Below, one piece after another: positions 24,061 through 35,345 of a stretch of DNA of 64,000 nucleotides; position 1 is the stretch's first letter, and each line of letters begins with the position of its first letter. The stretch is from positions 68,324,001 through 68,388,000 of the forward strand of contig NC_091987.1 of assembly GCF_044704955.1 (NCBI RefSeq), in the 5' to 3' direction. A program made the position numbers and the translations under genes. Below the pieces are notes generated by a model. It was not told the DNA's origin. It saw only the letters and a program-made list of their open reading frames with translations, and ran no database searches. Origin of the DNA: Pristiophorus japonicus (taxonomy: Eukaryota).

Positions 24061-25134
24061 TTTCGCGTGATGGTTCTTTATCTCGTCGCCAGTTGTTATG
24101 TCTCAAATAAAGCAATGTGACTGAGTACTGTAGACTTGAGTAAGTGTGACCTTAGTCTCTTTATTCTGACTCCAGAGTGCTGGTACAGCATGGGAGGCCT
24201 GCTTATATCCAGTGCTCCCAAGGGATACTGGGATCCCTTGGGACTCCAACAGATGCGCCCTCTGGTGGCAGTACAATGCTGGTTACATGCTGTTGCATAC
24301 ATAACAAGTGTGGTTTGCACAGTGTACACAGACAGAGGTTCAGAGGCTGGTATGTAGGAGGTGTTGAAGCTTGTACTCACCTTGACCACCCAACTGAGGT
24401 CCTTGATCTTTTTGCGGCACTGTGTGAGGGTTCGTTGAGTGACAGTGCTGGCCAACATCTACTCTGCCACTTCCCTTGACATTGCCCTGAAGACCTGGGG
24501 CAATGTCCTCCGTTCGACTGCCCCCACCAATGCCTCCAATGCTACATCATTGAAACAACAAGCTCTCTCCCTTACAGCTGGATTAGCCTTCAGATGCAGA
24601 AATGGTGAAAATGAGCAGCTGCAGCTTGATATAACCTCTACTTTAAGAGCTGAAATGAGCCTGTGTGAAGGATTGAAGGATGATTGCTGAATGCAAGTCA
24701 CTTCCTAAGGTTGGGTAGCGCTCTGGTGTCCACGCCCCTGTAGCGCCCCAATGAGATTATTAGCGCTTGATTTACCACCCCCTTCTTTCCTGGGGCGTTA
24801 AAGCCCAATTTAGAAGAAAGTTAAGATTTCTTTGTGCCTGGCGCAAAATTTTCAAAATTGAAAAAGTTAACAGTCCATATGGGGCATTTCCGAATTTCTC
24901 CCCCATAGTGAGGAATGCAAAATGAAATATTATTTCTTCCTCTACTGCCACTTCCTTTCCTAACCTTAACTGTCAAATCAGCCAATCTGCTCTTTCAGTA
25001 AGCAATTCCTGTTTCACCAGCCTCCTCCGTACATTGGATAGTGAGTTGTTTTGTTCTGATCTAATCACAAACAGTCCCTTCAGGTTTTGTAAACTCTGCA
25101 TCTACAAGCAGGATTGTCTAGACACAAATACATC

Positions 25135-25215
25135 AAGACTCTCATGTGATGATCTCACCCTGCCTTGGAGCAGCAGAACAATTGAGAGAAATGTTATACT
25201 TTAAAATCAAGTGTA
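25135..25215 (+). repeat. 81-bp direct repeat, copy 2
   Basis: Matches 11513-11593. Confidence 0.85.
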
Positions 25216-26608
25216 ATTCGATCAAGCTCAAAATCCAGCACAGTGATCGTGATGCATGATCTGCCCATGCCTGTTGGAAGTAGTTCAGGCAGCATGTAAA
25301 ATTCATGCTGTCTGCTACTTTACATGATTGAGCTCAACACTGAAAGTGCTGCTGACGGGCTGTGTGCTCAGCAGGGGACCGAAGTTCACGATGTTTGCAC
25401 GAGGCTAGCTTTACTTAAAGCTCAACAGGCCAGGGAAAGGGAAACCAGGGTCTTGGACGCAGTACTTAAAGCCTTTGTGCGGGGGGGGGGGGGGGTGGGG
25501 TGGTGAACACTCAAAGAGAGGTTCTTATCCCACAGGGGGTCAGGTGGTGCTCCAGAAAGAATAATGTGGGACCAGATCGCCGAGGCAGTGTCACCCCCAG
25601 GACATGGCTCCAGTGCTCAAAGAAGTTTCATGACCTCAGACAAGTGGTCAAGGTCAGAGGATGCATATTCAAAAACCGTCCCCTACCAACTGCATCACTA
25701 GCCTCAAACACTGCATGACCCACTGCAACCCCTCCCCCCCCTCCATCACTCACCTACCAACAATCTTTACCAAACACGAGGCACATCTCATATTCTTCGC
25801 TTCACCTTGGAAAAAGATGGTGCTGGCCATTTTTGGGAGGGGCATGGCTGAGCCTGTGGCCAGCAGCAGCGCTGAAAGAATGCTGGTATCCTCATATGTT
25901 ATCCTCCTTCTTACATTCCACTTCCTCCTCATCCCACACTCTCTTCTAATTTACAAGCTGCACGGTGTAAGTATGCACCTCTTGCTTTCCCCCCTCCCCC
26001 ATCACAACCCTATCCTGTGCCTTCCTCATTTCAGACATCCAAGAAATCCAGCCTGCCCAGTCAATGGTTGAACAAGAAGAGGGAGAGGAGAATGAAGAAG
26101 CAGAAACACCGTCACACGATTTCACGCTCCCAGCCACCAACTCCTCGAGGTCGTCCTGCAAGGCCATTTGCAGTGTCTCCCATTGAAAGTCAGCAGTCTT
26201 CCACCAGCCATTGTGCAGCCTCTGGGGTAGCACTGTGTAGGAGCACTAGGATAAGCAAAGGCACATGCAAAACAGTCACTAAGGGAATGCACAAGGGTGA
26301 TTAGTTGATTTTTTGATGTAATATTGGATGCATATTTGGATAAAGTTAGATTAAAAAGTTTGTTCCATGGTGGTTTTTATTTAAGCATTGTAGCCAAGAG
26401 GACGCTGTAATGTTTAGTAACAGAGGGATGGTTTGGGAGAAATGTTGAAAGGGGTTGTGTTCATAAGTACCACAGACAGATGATTCGATCCCGCAAACCC
26501 CGGCCAGAAAGGGGCTCTCTGGGTTGCCTCCTTCCTTCCACTTCCTCCTCCTCCTCCTCTTCCACCCTCCTCTTCCACTTCTTCCTCCTCTTCTGCTTCC
26601 TCCTTCTC

Positions 26609-26711
26609 TGGGGTACTGAAGTTGCATGTTCAGCCATGAACTCATTGAATGGCGGTGCAGGCTCAAAGGGCCGAATGTCCTACTCCTGCACCTATTTTCT
26701 ATGTTTCTATG
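26609..26711 (+). mobile_element. Very short 3'-end insertion of the same CR1 family as 2641-5950
   Basis: Near-identical to 5832-5940, including the TTTCTATG tail. Confidence 0.9.
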
Positions 26712-26799
26712 TTCCTTCTGCTCCTCCCTCTGTGAGCAGCTTATTCCCTTTGCTGCCTCTGCTCCATCATGTCATGTCATGTCATTTCAGGATTTTGAA

Positions 26800-27955
26800 C
26801 CAGTGGCAATAAAGCAACGGCAATATTTTCCAAGTCAGGATGGTGTGTGACTTAGAAAGGAACTTGCAGGTGATGGAGTTCCCATGTACCTGCTGCCCTT
26901 GTCCTTCTAGGTGGTAGAGGTTGTGGGTTTGGGAAGTGCTGCCAAAGAAGCCATGGCGAGTTGCTGCAGCGCATCTTGTAGATGGTACACACTGCAGCCA
27001 CGGTGCGCCGGTGGTGGAGGGAGTGAATGTTTAAGGTGGTGGATGGGGTGCCAATCAAGTGGGCTACTTTGTCCTGGATGGTGTTGAGCTTCTTGAGTGT
27101 TGTTGGAGCTGCACGCATCCAGGCAAGTGGAGAGTATTCCATCACACTCCTGACTTGAGCCTTGTAGATGCAGGAAAGGTTTTGGGGAGTCAGGAGGTGA
27201 GACACTCACCACAGTACCCAGCCTCTGACCCGTTCTTGTTGCCACAGTATTTATGTGGCTGGTCCAGTTAAGTTTCTGGTTAATGGTGACCCCCAGGATG
27301 TTGATGGTGGGGGATTCAGCGATGGTAATGACGTTGAATTTCAAGGCGCGGGGGTTAGACTCTCGCTTGTTAGAGATAGTCATTGCCTATCACTTGTATG
27401 GCGTGAATGTTATTTGCCACTTATCAGCCCATGCCTGAATGTTGCCCAGGTCTTTCTGCATGCGGGCATGGACTTTATTCATTATCTGAGGAGTTGCGAA
27501 TGGAATAGAGCACTGTACAATCATCGGCGAACATCCCCACTTCTGGCCTTATGATGGAGGGAATCTCATTGATGAAGCAGCTGAAGATGGTTGGGCCGAG
27601 GACACTGCCCTGAGAAACTCCTGCAACAAAGTCGTGGAGCTGAGATGATTGGCCTGCAACAACCATAACCCTCTTCCTTTGTGCTAGGTATGATTCTCAC
27701 CAGTGGAAAGTTTTCTCCGATTCCAATTTACTTCAATTTTACTAGGGCGCCTTGGTGCCACACTCGGTCAAATGGTGTCTTGATATCAAGGGCAGTCGCT
27801 CTCATCTCAGCTCTGTAATGAGGTCTGGAGCCTAGTGGTCCGGGCAGAACCCAAACTGAGCATCAGTGAGCAGGTGAATGGTAAGTAAGTGCCACTTGAT
27901 AGCACTGTCAACAATACCTTCCATCATTTTGCTGATGGTTGAGAGTAGACTGCAA
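26800..27955 (-). mobile_element. Non-LTR retrotransposon RT 3' fragment (CR1/L2 group, family distinct from the other CR1s)
   Basis: GVSQGSVLGP, MFADDC, YKAQVRSVMEYSPLAW, SLHHRR. Confidence 0.85.
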
Positions 27956-28969
27956 CTGGGAGCAAGTGGTGTTCTCAGAGGGCGTTCTTTAAGAGCCAAA
28001 ACCTTGCAAATGCCCAGCAGAACCCCCCTGTACACTTTAACAACTTTTGAAGTGCCTTACGAATATGCCAGTATGCAAATAAACTGTGCAGGAACCAGCA
28101 AGAAAACAAAAATCAAAACTTGCCTGAAAGTTGCATGTGTCTCTTTAAGAAGCAGTGGTGGGGCGGTTGGGGTGCAGCTGAGCGTGCGTTCAGCTATATG
28201 TGCTTTGGAGAGGGCGCAATGTCGAGCGACAACATCCTAAATAGCAGGTCGTGAATCAAATCAGCTGAATGATTACATGATCTGCCTCAATACCATTTTT
28301 CTAGTGAGTGCAGGCAACAGCCGTGTTGCCGACCTGCCCAATTGGCGGCTGCCTTAGGTCATGCTGGAAATAGGCGGAAGTAAGGCAGCTGCCATTTTTT
28401 TTACAAAACTGGCCTTAACAACTAGCACTAAGGTATCATGGCCAAGGTATCCTTCATGTCAGTCTGCAATTTCCACATCTGATGGTGGTTGAAATTCCTC
28501 TCGTGCTGCTTTTTGCACACAGAGGAAATACATTCACGTCAAATTTGTAATAAAGTTTTTCTCATGTCACCTCTGGTTCTTTTGCCAATCACCTTAAATC
28601 CGTGCCCACTAGTTATCAACCCTTCAGTCATTGGAAACAGTTTCTCTTTCTTTACTCTATCTAAACCCGTCATGATTTTAAACACCTCTATTAATTCCTG
28701 TTGGATTTGTTCACCAACATCACTGCACCCGAGGCAAATATACAGTGACCGGCTGTAAAAATTTGCCTTATAGGTCGTTCACCATTGTTTGTAACTGATT
28801 TCCAGTAACCATATAAGGAGTACATCAGTGTTTATGTATTACATCTCAAATTGAATATTAGATATTTATTTTTCTTGCTCTTCAGAATAAAATTCAGATT
28901 CGTTCTTTCAGAATTTTTTGTCACACTTAGAGGAACTGAAATACCGCATTTATTTATATCTTAATACAG

Positions 28970-29347
28970 ATCTGTGTACTGCTCAAAGACAAGTGAAATT
29001 ACAAGAAGGGCCCCTAGTCCGGGCTGAGGGACGCCATATAACAATTCAATGTGATGTGAGTGGGTACCAACAGTCTCCAGAGCAGAACTTCGAGTGGTTC
29101 ATCTCTCATCCGGAGAAACCTACTATGAAAATCCAGATTATCAGCACAATTGATCCCAATTTCCCTTATGCTGTGTATGAAAAAAGAGTGCGGAATAATG
29201 AGATCTACATAGAGAGGATTAAAGGAGACTCTGTGCTGTTACACATTGCAAATCTGCAGAGAAGCGACGGTGGGGAGTATGAGTGTTACACCCCCAGCAC
29301 AGACAGTGCGTACTGGGGGTCCTACAATGCACTGATGAACTTGACAG
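28970..29347 (+). CDS. IGSF3: IGSF3/CD101-like EWI-family gene, Ig-V exon 1
   Basis: AG/GT-flanked, 378 bp, phase 1. AQRQVKLQEGPLVRAEG...CDVSGYQ...EQNFEW...DGGEYECYTPSTD resembles IGSF3/CD101 domain 1. Symbol tentative. Confidence 0.9.
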
Positions 29348-30060
29348 GTGGGTTATTCAAACATTCTCATCTTTTATATTTCACTTTTCAGGGCTGTACT
29401 ATACCTAAATATTATCAACTTCATAATTCTTATTCAAAGTAAGCAAAAAGACCATTGCACCCAATTAAACACGCAACAGTGTATTATTGCAATATATTAA
29501 AAATGCAGCAGAAACATACCATCAATACAATTCAAATGTTAACACACCATTATGATCCCTGTTATACATAAAGAAATGCACAATTATAAACCCTTTTAAA
29601 CACTTACAGCAATATACCAGAATGAAATCTTATGATACACTAGGCAATGCACAAGTATTAAGTCCTGTTAAACTCACAGCAATGCTCAATAATGAAACCC
29701 TATGAAACACACAGTACTGCTCCATTATAAAACAGACCAGCATGTAGAAGTGCATCATTGTGTAACTCTATTAAACAGCCAGAATTTTTAAAAATCCTAT
29801 GAAACATGAAGTAATCCAGGTTGCTTGTTTATAGAGAAATATGTTTTCTTTGTGATTTGCGGGAAAGAATGGATAGAATAGGAAACACATTTACTGACAA
29901 CCAAATCAGGTGAGCAGTCTACTCAAGTAACACAAGAACAGTATTATCCTTCATTGTTTGCAATGTTCACAATGCTTTTTGATTGCAGCTCTCCTTGGCC
30001 TAGCGAGTGATGGCAATGCCCACTGCAGTACTGATCCCCAGAGATCACAAGCTTCAATTC

Positions 30061-30930
30061 ATAGAATCATAGAATGATACATCACAGAATGAGGTCATTC
30101 GGTACATTGTGCCTGTGCCAGCTCTCTGAAAGAGCTACCCAATTAGTCCCACTCCCCCGCTCTTTCTCCATAACCCAGCAAGTTTTTCCTTTCCAAGTAT
30201 TTATCCAATTCCCTTTCAAAGGTTATTCTTGAATCTGGCCCTTTCAAGCAATACATTCCAGATCATCATAACTCACTGCGTAGAAAAATGTTTCCACACA
30301 TCGCTTCTGGTTCTTTTGTCAATTACCTTAAAACTGTGTCCTTTGGTTACTGATTCTTCCACCATATTTACTCTATCAAATCTCTTCAAGGTTTTGAACA
30401 CTTCTATGAAATTTCTCCTTAACCTTCTCTGTTCTGGGGGACACAACTGCACACTTCACTTCAGTCTGATAAACAAACATTCACCACCACTCTCTGCTTT
30501 CTGTCTATTAGCCAGTTTTATATCCAAACAGCCACTGCCCCTTTAATCCCACGGGCTTCAATTTTGCTAACAAGTCTAATATGCCGTACTTTATCAAATG
30601 CTTTTTGAAAATCCATATACATAACATCAACCACACTACCCTTATCCACCCTCTCTGTTACTCAATCAAGTTAGTCAAACTTGATTTGCCTTTAACAATT
30701 CATTTATTAACCCATATTTTTCCAAGTGGCAATTAATTTTGTTCCAGATTAATGTCTCTAAATGTTCACCCATCACCGACATTAGTCTGACTGTCTTTGT
30801 AGTTGTTGGGTTTATCTCTTTCCCTTTTTTTGAACAGGGGTGTAACATTTGCAATCCACCAATCCTCTGGAACCACTCCCATATCTAAGGAGTATTGGAA
30901 TACTGTGGTCAGAGCCTCTGCAATTTCCAT
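30061..30930 (-). mobile_element. Degenerate CR1 fragments
   Basis: ATAGAATC tail repeats; [16 protein letters not shown]. Confidence 0.8.
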
Positions 30931-31955
30931 ACTTATTTCCCTCCCGTCTTTTGTCTGGCAAGAGACTTTACAGAATCCCCCCCTCACGGCAATGGCGGAG
31001 ACACTTGGTTTCCTTGATGCCTTATGAAGGGTGTAACTTCCATGAGATTGTCCAATTAATGCCAAATGACTTGGATAAATTCCACTTATATTCTATGAGT
31101 TTGAATTTACTGGGAACTGCATTGACATTTTTCAAAATGACTGCAGTTAGGACCTTTATCAAACTCCTAGTTGCCCTGAAAAGATAGTAGTGGGCCTTTT
31201 TAAACTGCTGGTCAGCAATTTTGATACAACTGAGTGGTTTGTTAGGCTACTCTAGAGGGTGCTTAAGAGTCAACCACATTGGTGTGGGACTGGAGTCACA
31301 TATACCGGTTAAGAAAGGCAGGTTTCCTTCCCTAAAGACCATTAGTGAGCCAGTTGTATCTGCAATGTTGGCAGACTATTCAAGTTTCAGGTGCATTCAA
31401 GCACAATCTAATTCTTACCCAATGTCCATACACATGCACTTTCCAGCAGGGATCACTAGTTAGTTATCAGGAGCTGGATCTCTGTCTGATTACTCCCATT
31501 CTAGCCAAAGGGTGCTGAGGACAACAGTGGCTATGACCATCCTGGTGTGGATAGCGCAGTACCATGCAGTACAGTACACTTATCCATTGAGCCATCAGCA
31601 TGTTCAAGACAAAGAATATTTTCATATATTATGCGATGTACAACTGTTTTTCTTGGAAATCTCTAAATCACCTCTATCTGAGATGGATTTGAACGCAAGT
31701 CCAAATGATGAAAGGCTAGGGTTCTGTAATTAACTATGGTAACTAAGCCCCATGGAGTATTACATTTTTGATTTGTTTTTCCATTTTGTTACTCAAAATG
31801 CCATACTGTGGAAGAGCTGAATGTCTGATGATATGTATTGAGTTAAGGTACTTATTAAGACAAATAAGATTGTGGAAGTATTGCATTCTTGTGTACAACC
31901 TATGATTATGCAGTGTGAATTCTGCAAACTATGTTGAAAACATATATTCTTGCAG

Positions 31956-32363
31956 TTATTTCAGACACGCTCAGTGCAACATCAGTACCCCAGACCCTAA
32001 ATAAAGTAGAAGGTGATTCCCTGGAACTGGTCTGTGAAGTATCCAAACAAACATCACAGCACACGCACGTGGCTGTCTCATGGTACCTACAGAAGGGAGA
32101 TCAAAATCTCAAGGTCATCTCTCTAACACAGGATTTCATCCTACGTCCTGGAGAGTCATATAAGCAAAGACAGGCATCAGGAGATGTGCGACTGGACAAG
32201 ATTGGAGCAACTTCATTCAAACTAACCATCTACAAACTGCAGATGTCAGACCAGGGGAAGTTTTACTGTGAAAGCACAGAGTGGATCCAAGATTTAGACA
32301 AATCCTGGCATGAGCTGACTAATAAACGTACTGAAAATACCACGGTGAATGTTAAAAGTATAG
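31956..32363 (+). CDS. IGSF3: IGSF3/CD101-like Ig-V exon 2 (contains the EWI motif)
   Basis: 408 bp, phase 1. DQGKFYCESTEWIQD. Confidence 0.92.
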
Positions 32364-34023
32364 GTAAGGCTCATAGATATAGAAATGTTTCTCCATTATA
32401 CAGCTACAGTTTCAGAATGTGATCGCTGCATCCATTAGGGTCAGAAAATCATGTGCAGCACATGCCTGAATTTCCAATATACACTCTGGCAGGCTGGGGT
32501 GATGTCGAGAAAAGCTATTTGGCTGGCAATGCATGCCAAATAGCCCTGCTCTGCATGTTACCTAACTGTACTTACTGCATATATACTAACATAAGATTGT
32601 TTGTAAATATTTTTGTTTGATTAGCAGCCTTTTTTGAGTAAATTTATGCCAGAAATCTGAAATAAAAACAGGTCAGGCAAATTTTGAAAAGTATTTCTCA
32701 GTCGGTTTTGTTCAAATTGGGTCATCTGTCTGAAGGCATCAGAAAGCGATTGATTGGTCAGAAAAGCTCCATGGACAGTAGAAAGCAACCATATCGTAAA
32801 AGTTGATGTTCAGGAACCTTAGAGTGGCGGGTGTAAGTGTTTGTTATTGAATGTCTTGAGGTATAATTAATGGATTCCATGGTACAATAGAACCAAGTCA
32901 AAGTTTAGCCTTTGATTATTCAAATGCAACAAAAATTGGCCATAAATAAGGATTTATATTGTGTGATCTTGTGGGGTCCAATTGCAGCTGCCATAAGCAG
33001 TTATTTTGTAGATCCCTGATCGGTGCCTTGACTTATATATTTGTATATATTTAAATGCATTCTAAACTTTCCTATTCTTCCCTGCTCTCAGCTGAACTGC
33101 TCCTTTGGATGACAAGTATTGAATGGTTTGCTGTGACACTGACTAATAATGGTAGTGACAGGAGATCATAAGAAACAATAATGTCCTCGACAGGTTAATT
33201 ACAGTGAAAATGCTCTCAGATGTATAAACTGCAGCTCTTTTGTTGACGTTTGGAACACTGACCTTTGATGAACATCAGTATTATATTAATGCACTGAGTG
33301 AATCACTGCTATTAACCTTCAGCAGACTTCCATTGCTGATGTGATCAGTTTCATCTTCAGTGGTACTCTCCGGTTAACACTAAAGGGAGTGTATTACAGT
33401 TTAGAAGTAGCATTTATGCTCCAGGCTACACCATTTAAAGGCAAGTGTAATAAGTTGTTGACTCGCCTTGGATAACTGCCAATACTGAGCTGGTGACAGT
33501 CTCTGAATTTTGATAAGGAGAGATTACAGAAATTCACAATGCTTCCATTGTACATCCATTTACTTCCATTCCTTTTTGATCACTTAATTTGCCTCCAACT
33601 TCCATTCCCCCTCCCTAATCATAAAGGCAGGCTGCTCTATGCCCTCAGTATCTCTAGTCAAATAGGGATGAGCATTTGAATTCTTTAAATTTAGTAGCAG
33701 ACTGGAACTGTCTGAAATTTAACTGAGATTTTAAAAAGAAGGCAAGTAACTATGTTGGGAACACCTCTCTGGACCACTGGGAAACCAGCACATACCAGGA
33801 ACTGTCTCCAGCATTCCCTCCACTAAAGCAGATTCAGTGTGGTGCAAACCATATTTACATATAGTTTGCACTTAACCCTGTTTTCTCCACAAACCATCAA
33901 AGTTGGCATTGAAATGTTGGTCTACCACCAGACTAAAATTATGGCAAATTTGCTCGCTTTGTTTTTGGCTAAACCCAGTACAATCTCTGGCACAGTAATG
34001 ATGCACTTTTTATTTCACTGCAG

Positions 34024-34404
34024 GTAAAGGGTTTCTTGCTCTGATTGAAGCCACTGCAGTCGATATCGCTGTAGGAGGCTCACTGGAGATAATCTGCACG
34101 GTTGAAGCTCAGAATTTCCCAGAACGTTTCTTCTCTGTTGTCTGGTTCTTGAACAATAATGAGATAATCCGTATTGGACCAAATGCAGTACCATTCTTTC
34201 ATGGTGAATATAAAATGAGAGAAACCCTAGGAAAGGTGACAGTCAGGAAGAAAAATGACAGGGTCTATTTTCTGAAAATTTATCAGATTCAAGTGGAGGA
34301 TGGCGGTGCATATTACTGTCAGGTGGAGGAGAGTGAGAAAATTTCGTCTGGAGCATTCTCTACCAAGAAATCCAAGGAGGTTGCAATCACTGTTCAACGG
34401 CCAC
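34024..34404 (+). CDS. IGSF3: IGSF3/CD101-like Ig-V exon 3
   Basis: 381 bp, phase 1. CTVEAQN...FSVVW...IGPNAVP...DGGAYYC. Confidence 0.9.
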
Positions 34405-34674
34405 GTAAGAAAAATTTTAATTAACTGTATTCTTTTTTTTGTAGTGATTGATATTAGGAGCAGTATTATATTTTGACCCTGACAAAATATCTGGTCAACT
34501 CCCGGATGAATGATAGAAATCTCAGATACAATGGCATAGACATTCATCTTGGGCAATAGAGCAAAATGGGTGATAGCGATTGGCAAGCAGTTTTACAATC
34601 TGCACGATTTCGTATCCATTGAAGTCAGTAGAAAAGAATATCAGACCGAACATAAAACAGACTCGAAAAGGTTG

Positions 34675-35345
34675 TGGAGGAACGATCTCCAGAGGAGATG
34701 AAGTCAGTGACGGTCTGGGAAATGATGGCTTGATGTTCGGTCGTGGGGCCAAGTTCCAGGGGGAGGTAGGAGGAGGTGTCAGAGAGTTGGCGATCAGCCT
34801 CTGCAAGGTAGAGGTCGGTTCCCCAAACAATAACAGTGCCACCCTTGTCACCAGGTTTAATGACGAAATTGGGATTGGATCGGAGAGAGCGGAGTGCTGC
34901 AAGTGCAGAGGGAGGTAGGTTGGAGTGAGTGAGGTTAGAGAAGGTTGGAGGTTAGAGAAATTGAGATGGCCAATGTCCCGTCGGCAGCTCACAATGAAAA
35001 GATCTAGAGAGGATAAGAGGGAGGGGTCCAGATAGAGCGAGAATTCTGAAAATGGGACAAAGGGTCAGCTGTACAGGGGAAGACTCCTGGCTAAAGAAGT
35101 GGGTACGGAGGCAAAGGCGGCAGAAAAAGAGCTCAGCATCATGCCGAGCTCAAAATTAATTTTAGGTGGGGGCATAAGGGGATGAAGCTCAGGCCTTTGC
35201 TGAGGACTGATCGTTCGGGGTTAGAGAGGGGGAAGGTCAGAGGGGATAGTGAAAACAAGGCGGGGGTGAGATTGGAAGAAGGGGTGTGATCAGAGGGAAG
35301 TGAAGGGGAAGAAGGTTTTGGAAGGACGTTGGTGTCCAAGAGTTG
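34675..35345 (-). mobile_element. Penelope-like element ORF fragment
   Basis: LSNPERSVLSKGLSFIP and remnants of the region preceding the RT, typical of the Penelope ORF N-terminal half. Confidence 0.65.

Larger units (their letters stand above)
15297..24306 (-). mobile_element. Full-length Gypsy LTR retrotransposon (Mag-like), outer element, decayed
   Basis: 213-bp LTRs at 24094-24306 (5') and 15297-15509 (3'). 5-bp TSD AGTGT. PBS TGGCGACGAG (complementary to the tRNA-Ser-GCT 3' end). PPT next to the 3' LTR. Order gag-PR(DTGA)-RT-RH-IN. Confidence 0.93.
13727..24600 (-). pseudogene. Harbinger 2 Myb/SANT-like gene; exon 1 about 24600-24381, exon 2 15155-14993, exon 3 about 14837-13727
   Basis: FNDVALEALV...RTLTQCRKKIKDL..VVK|GTGAGT. 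Exon 2 TTGTAG|AKMAHIQREQQRTG. Intron 1 holds the 9-kb LTR nest. Confidence 0.8.
11953..24904 (+). mobile_element. Complete PIF/Harbinger transposon 2, with nested Gypsy elements
   Basis: TIR GGGGGAGAAATT ... AATTTCTCCCCC. 3-bp TSD ATA at 11950-11952 and 24905-24907. Convergent transposase and Myb genes. Confidence 0.92.
25220..28420 (+). mobile_element. Internally deleted Harbinger-derived element 3 (Myb remnants on +, transposase acidic-tail remnant on -), boundaries approximate
   Basis: TPRTWLQCSKKFHDLRQVVK|GT at about 25595-25652. Exon 2/3-like pieces resemble the Myb gene of element 2. Pyrimidine-rich tract at 26520-26610. Confidence 0.6.

Noticed and set aside
28481-28530. Candidate signal-peptide exon (MVVEIPLVLLFAHR) for the Ig gene
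   Set aside because: No GT donor in phase 1 at its end; cannot be supported.
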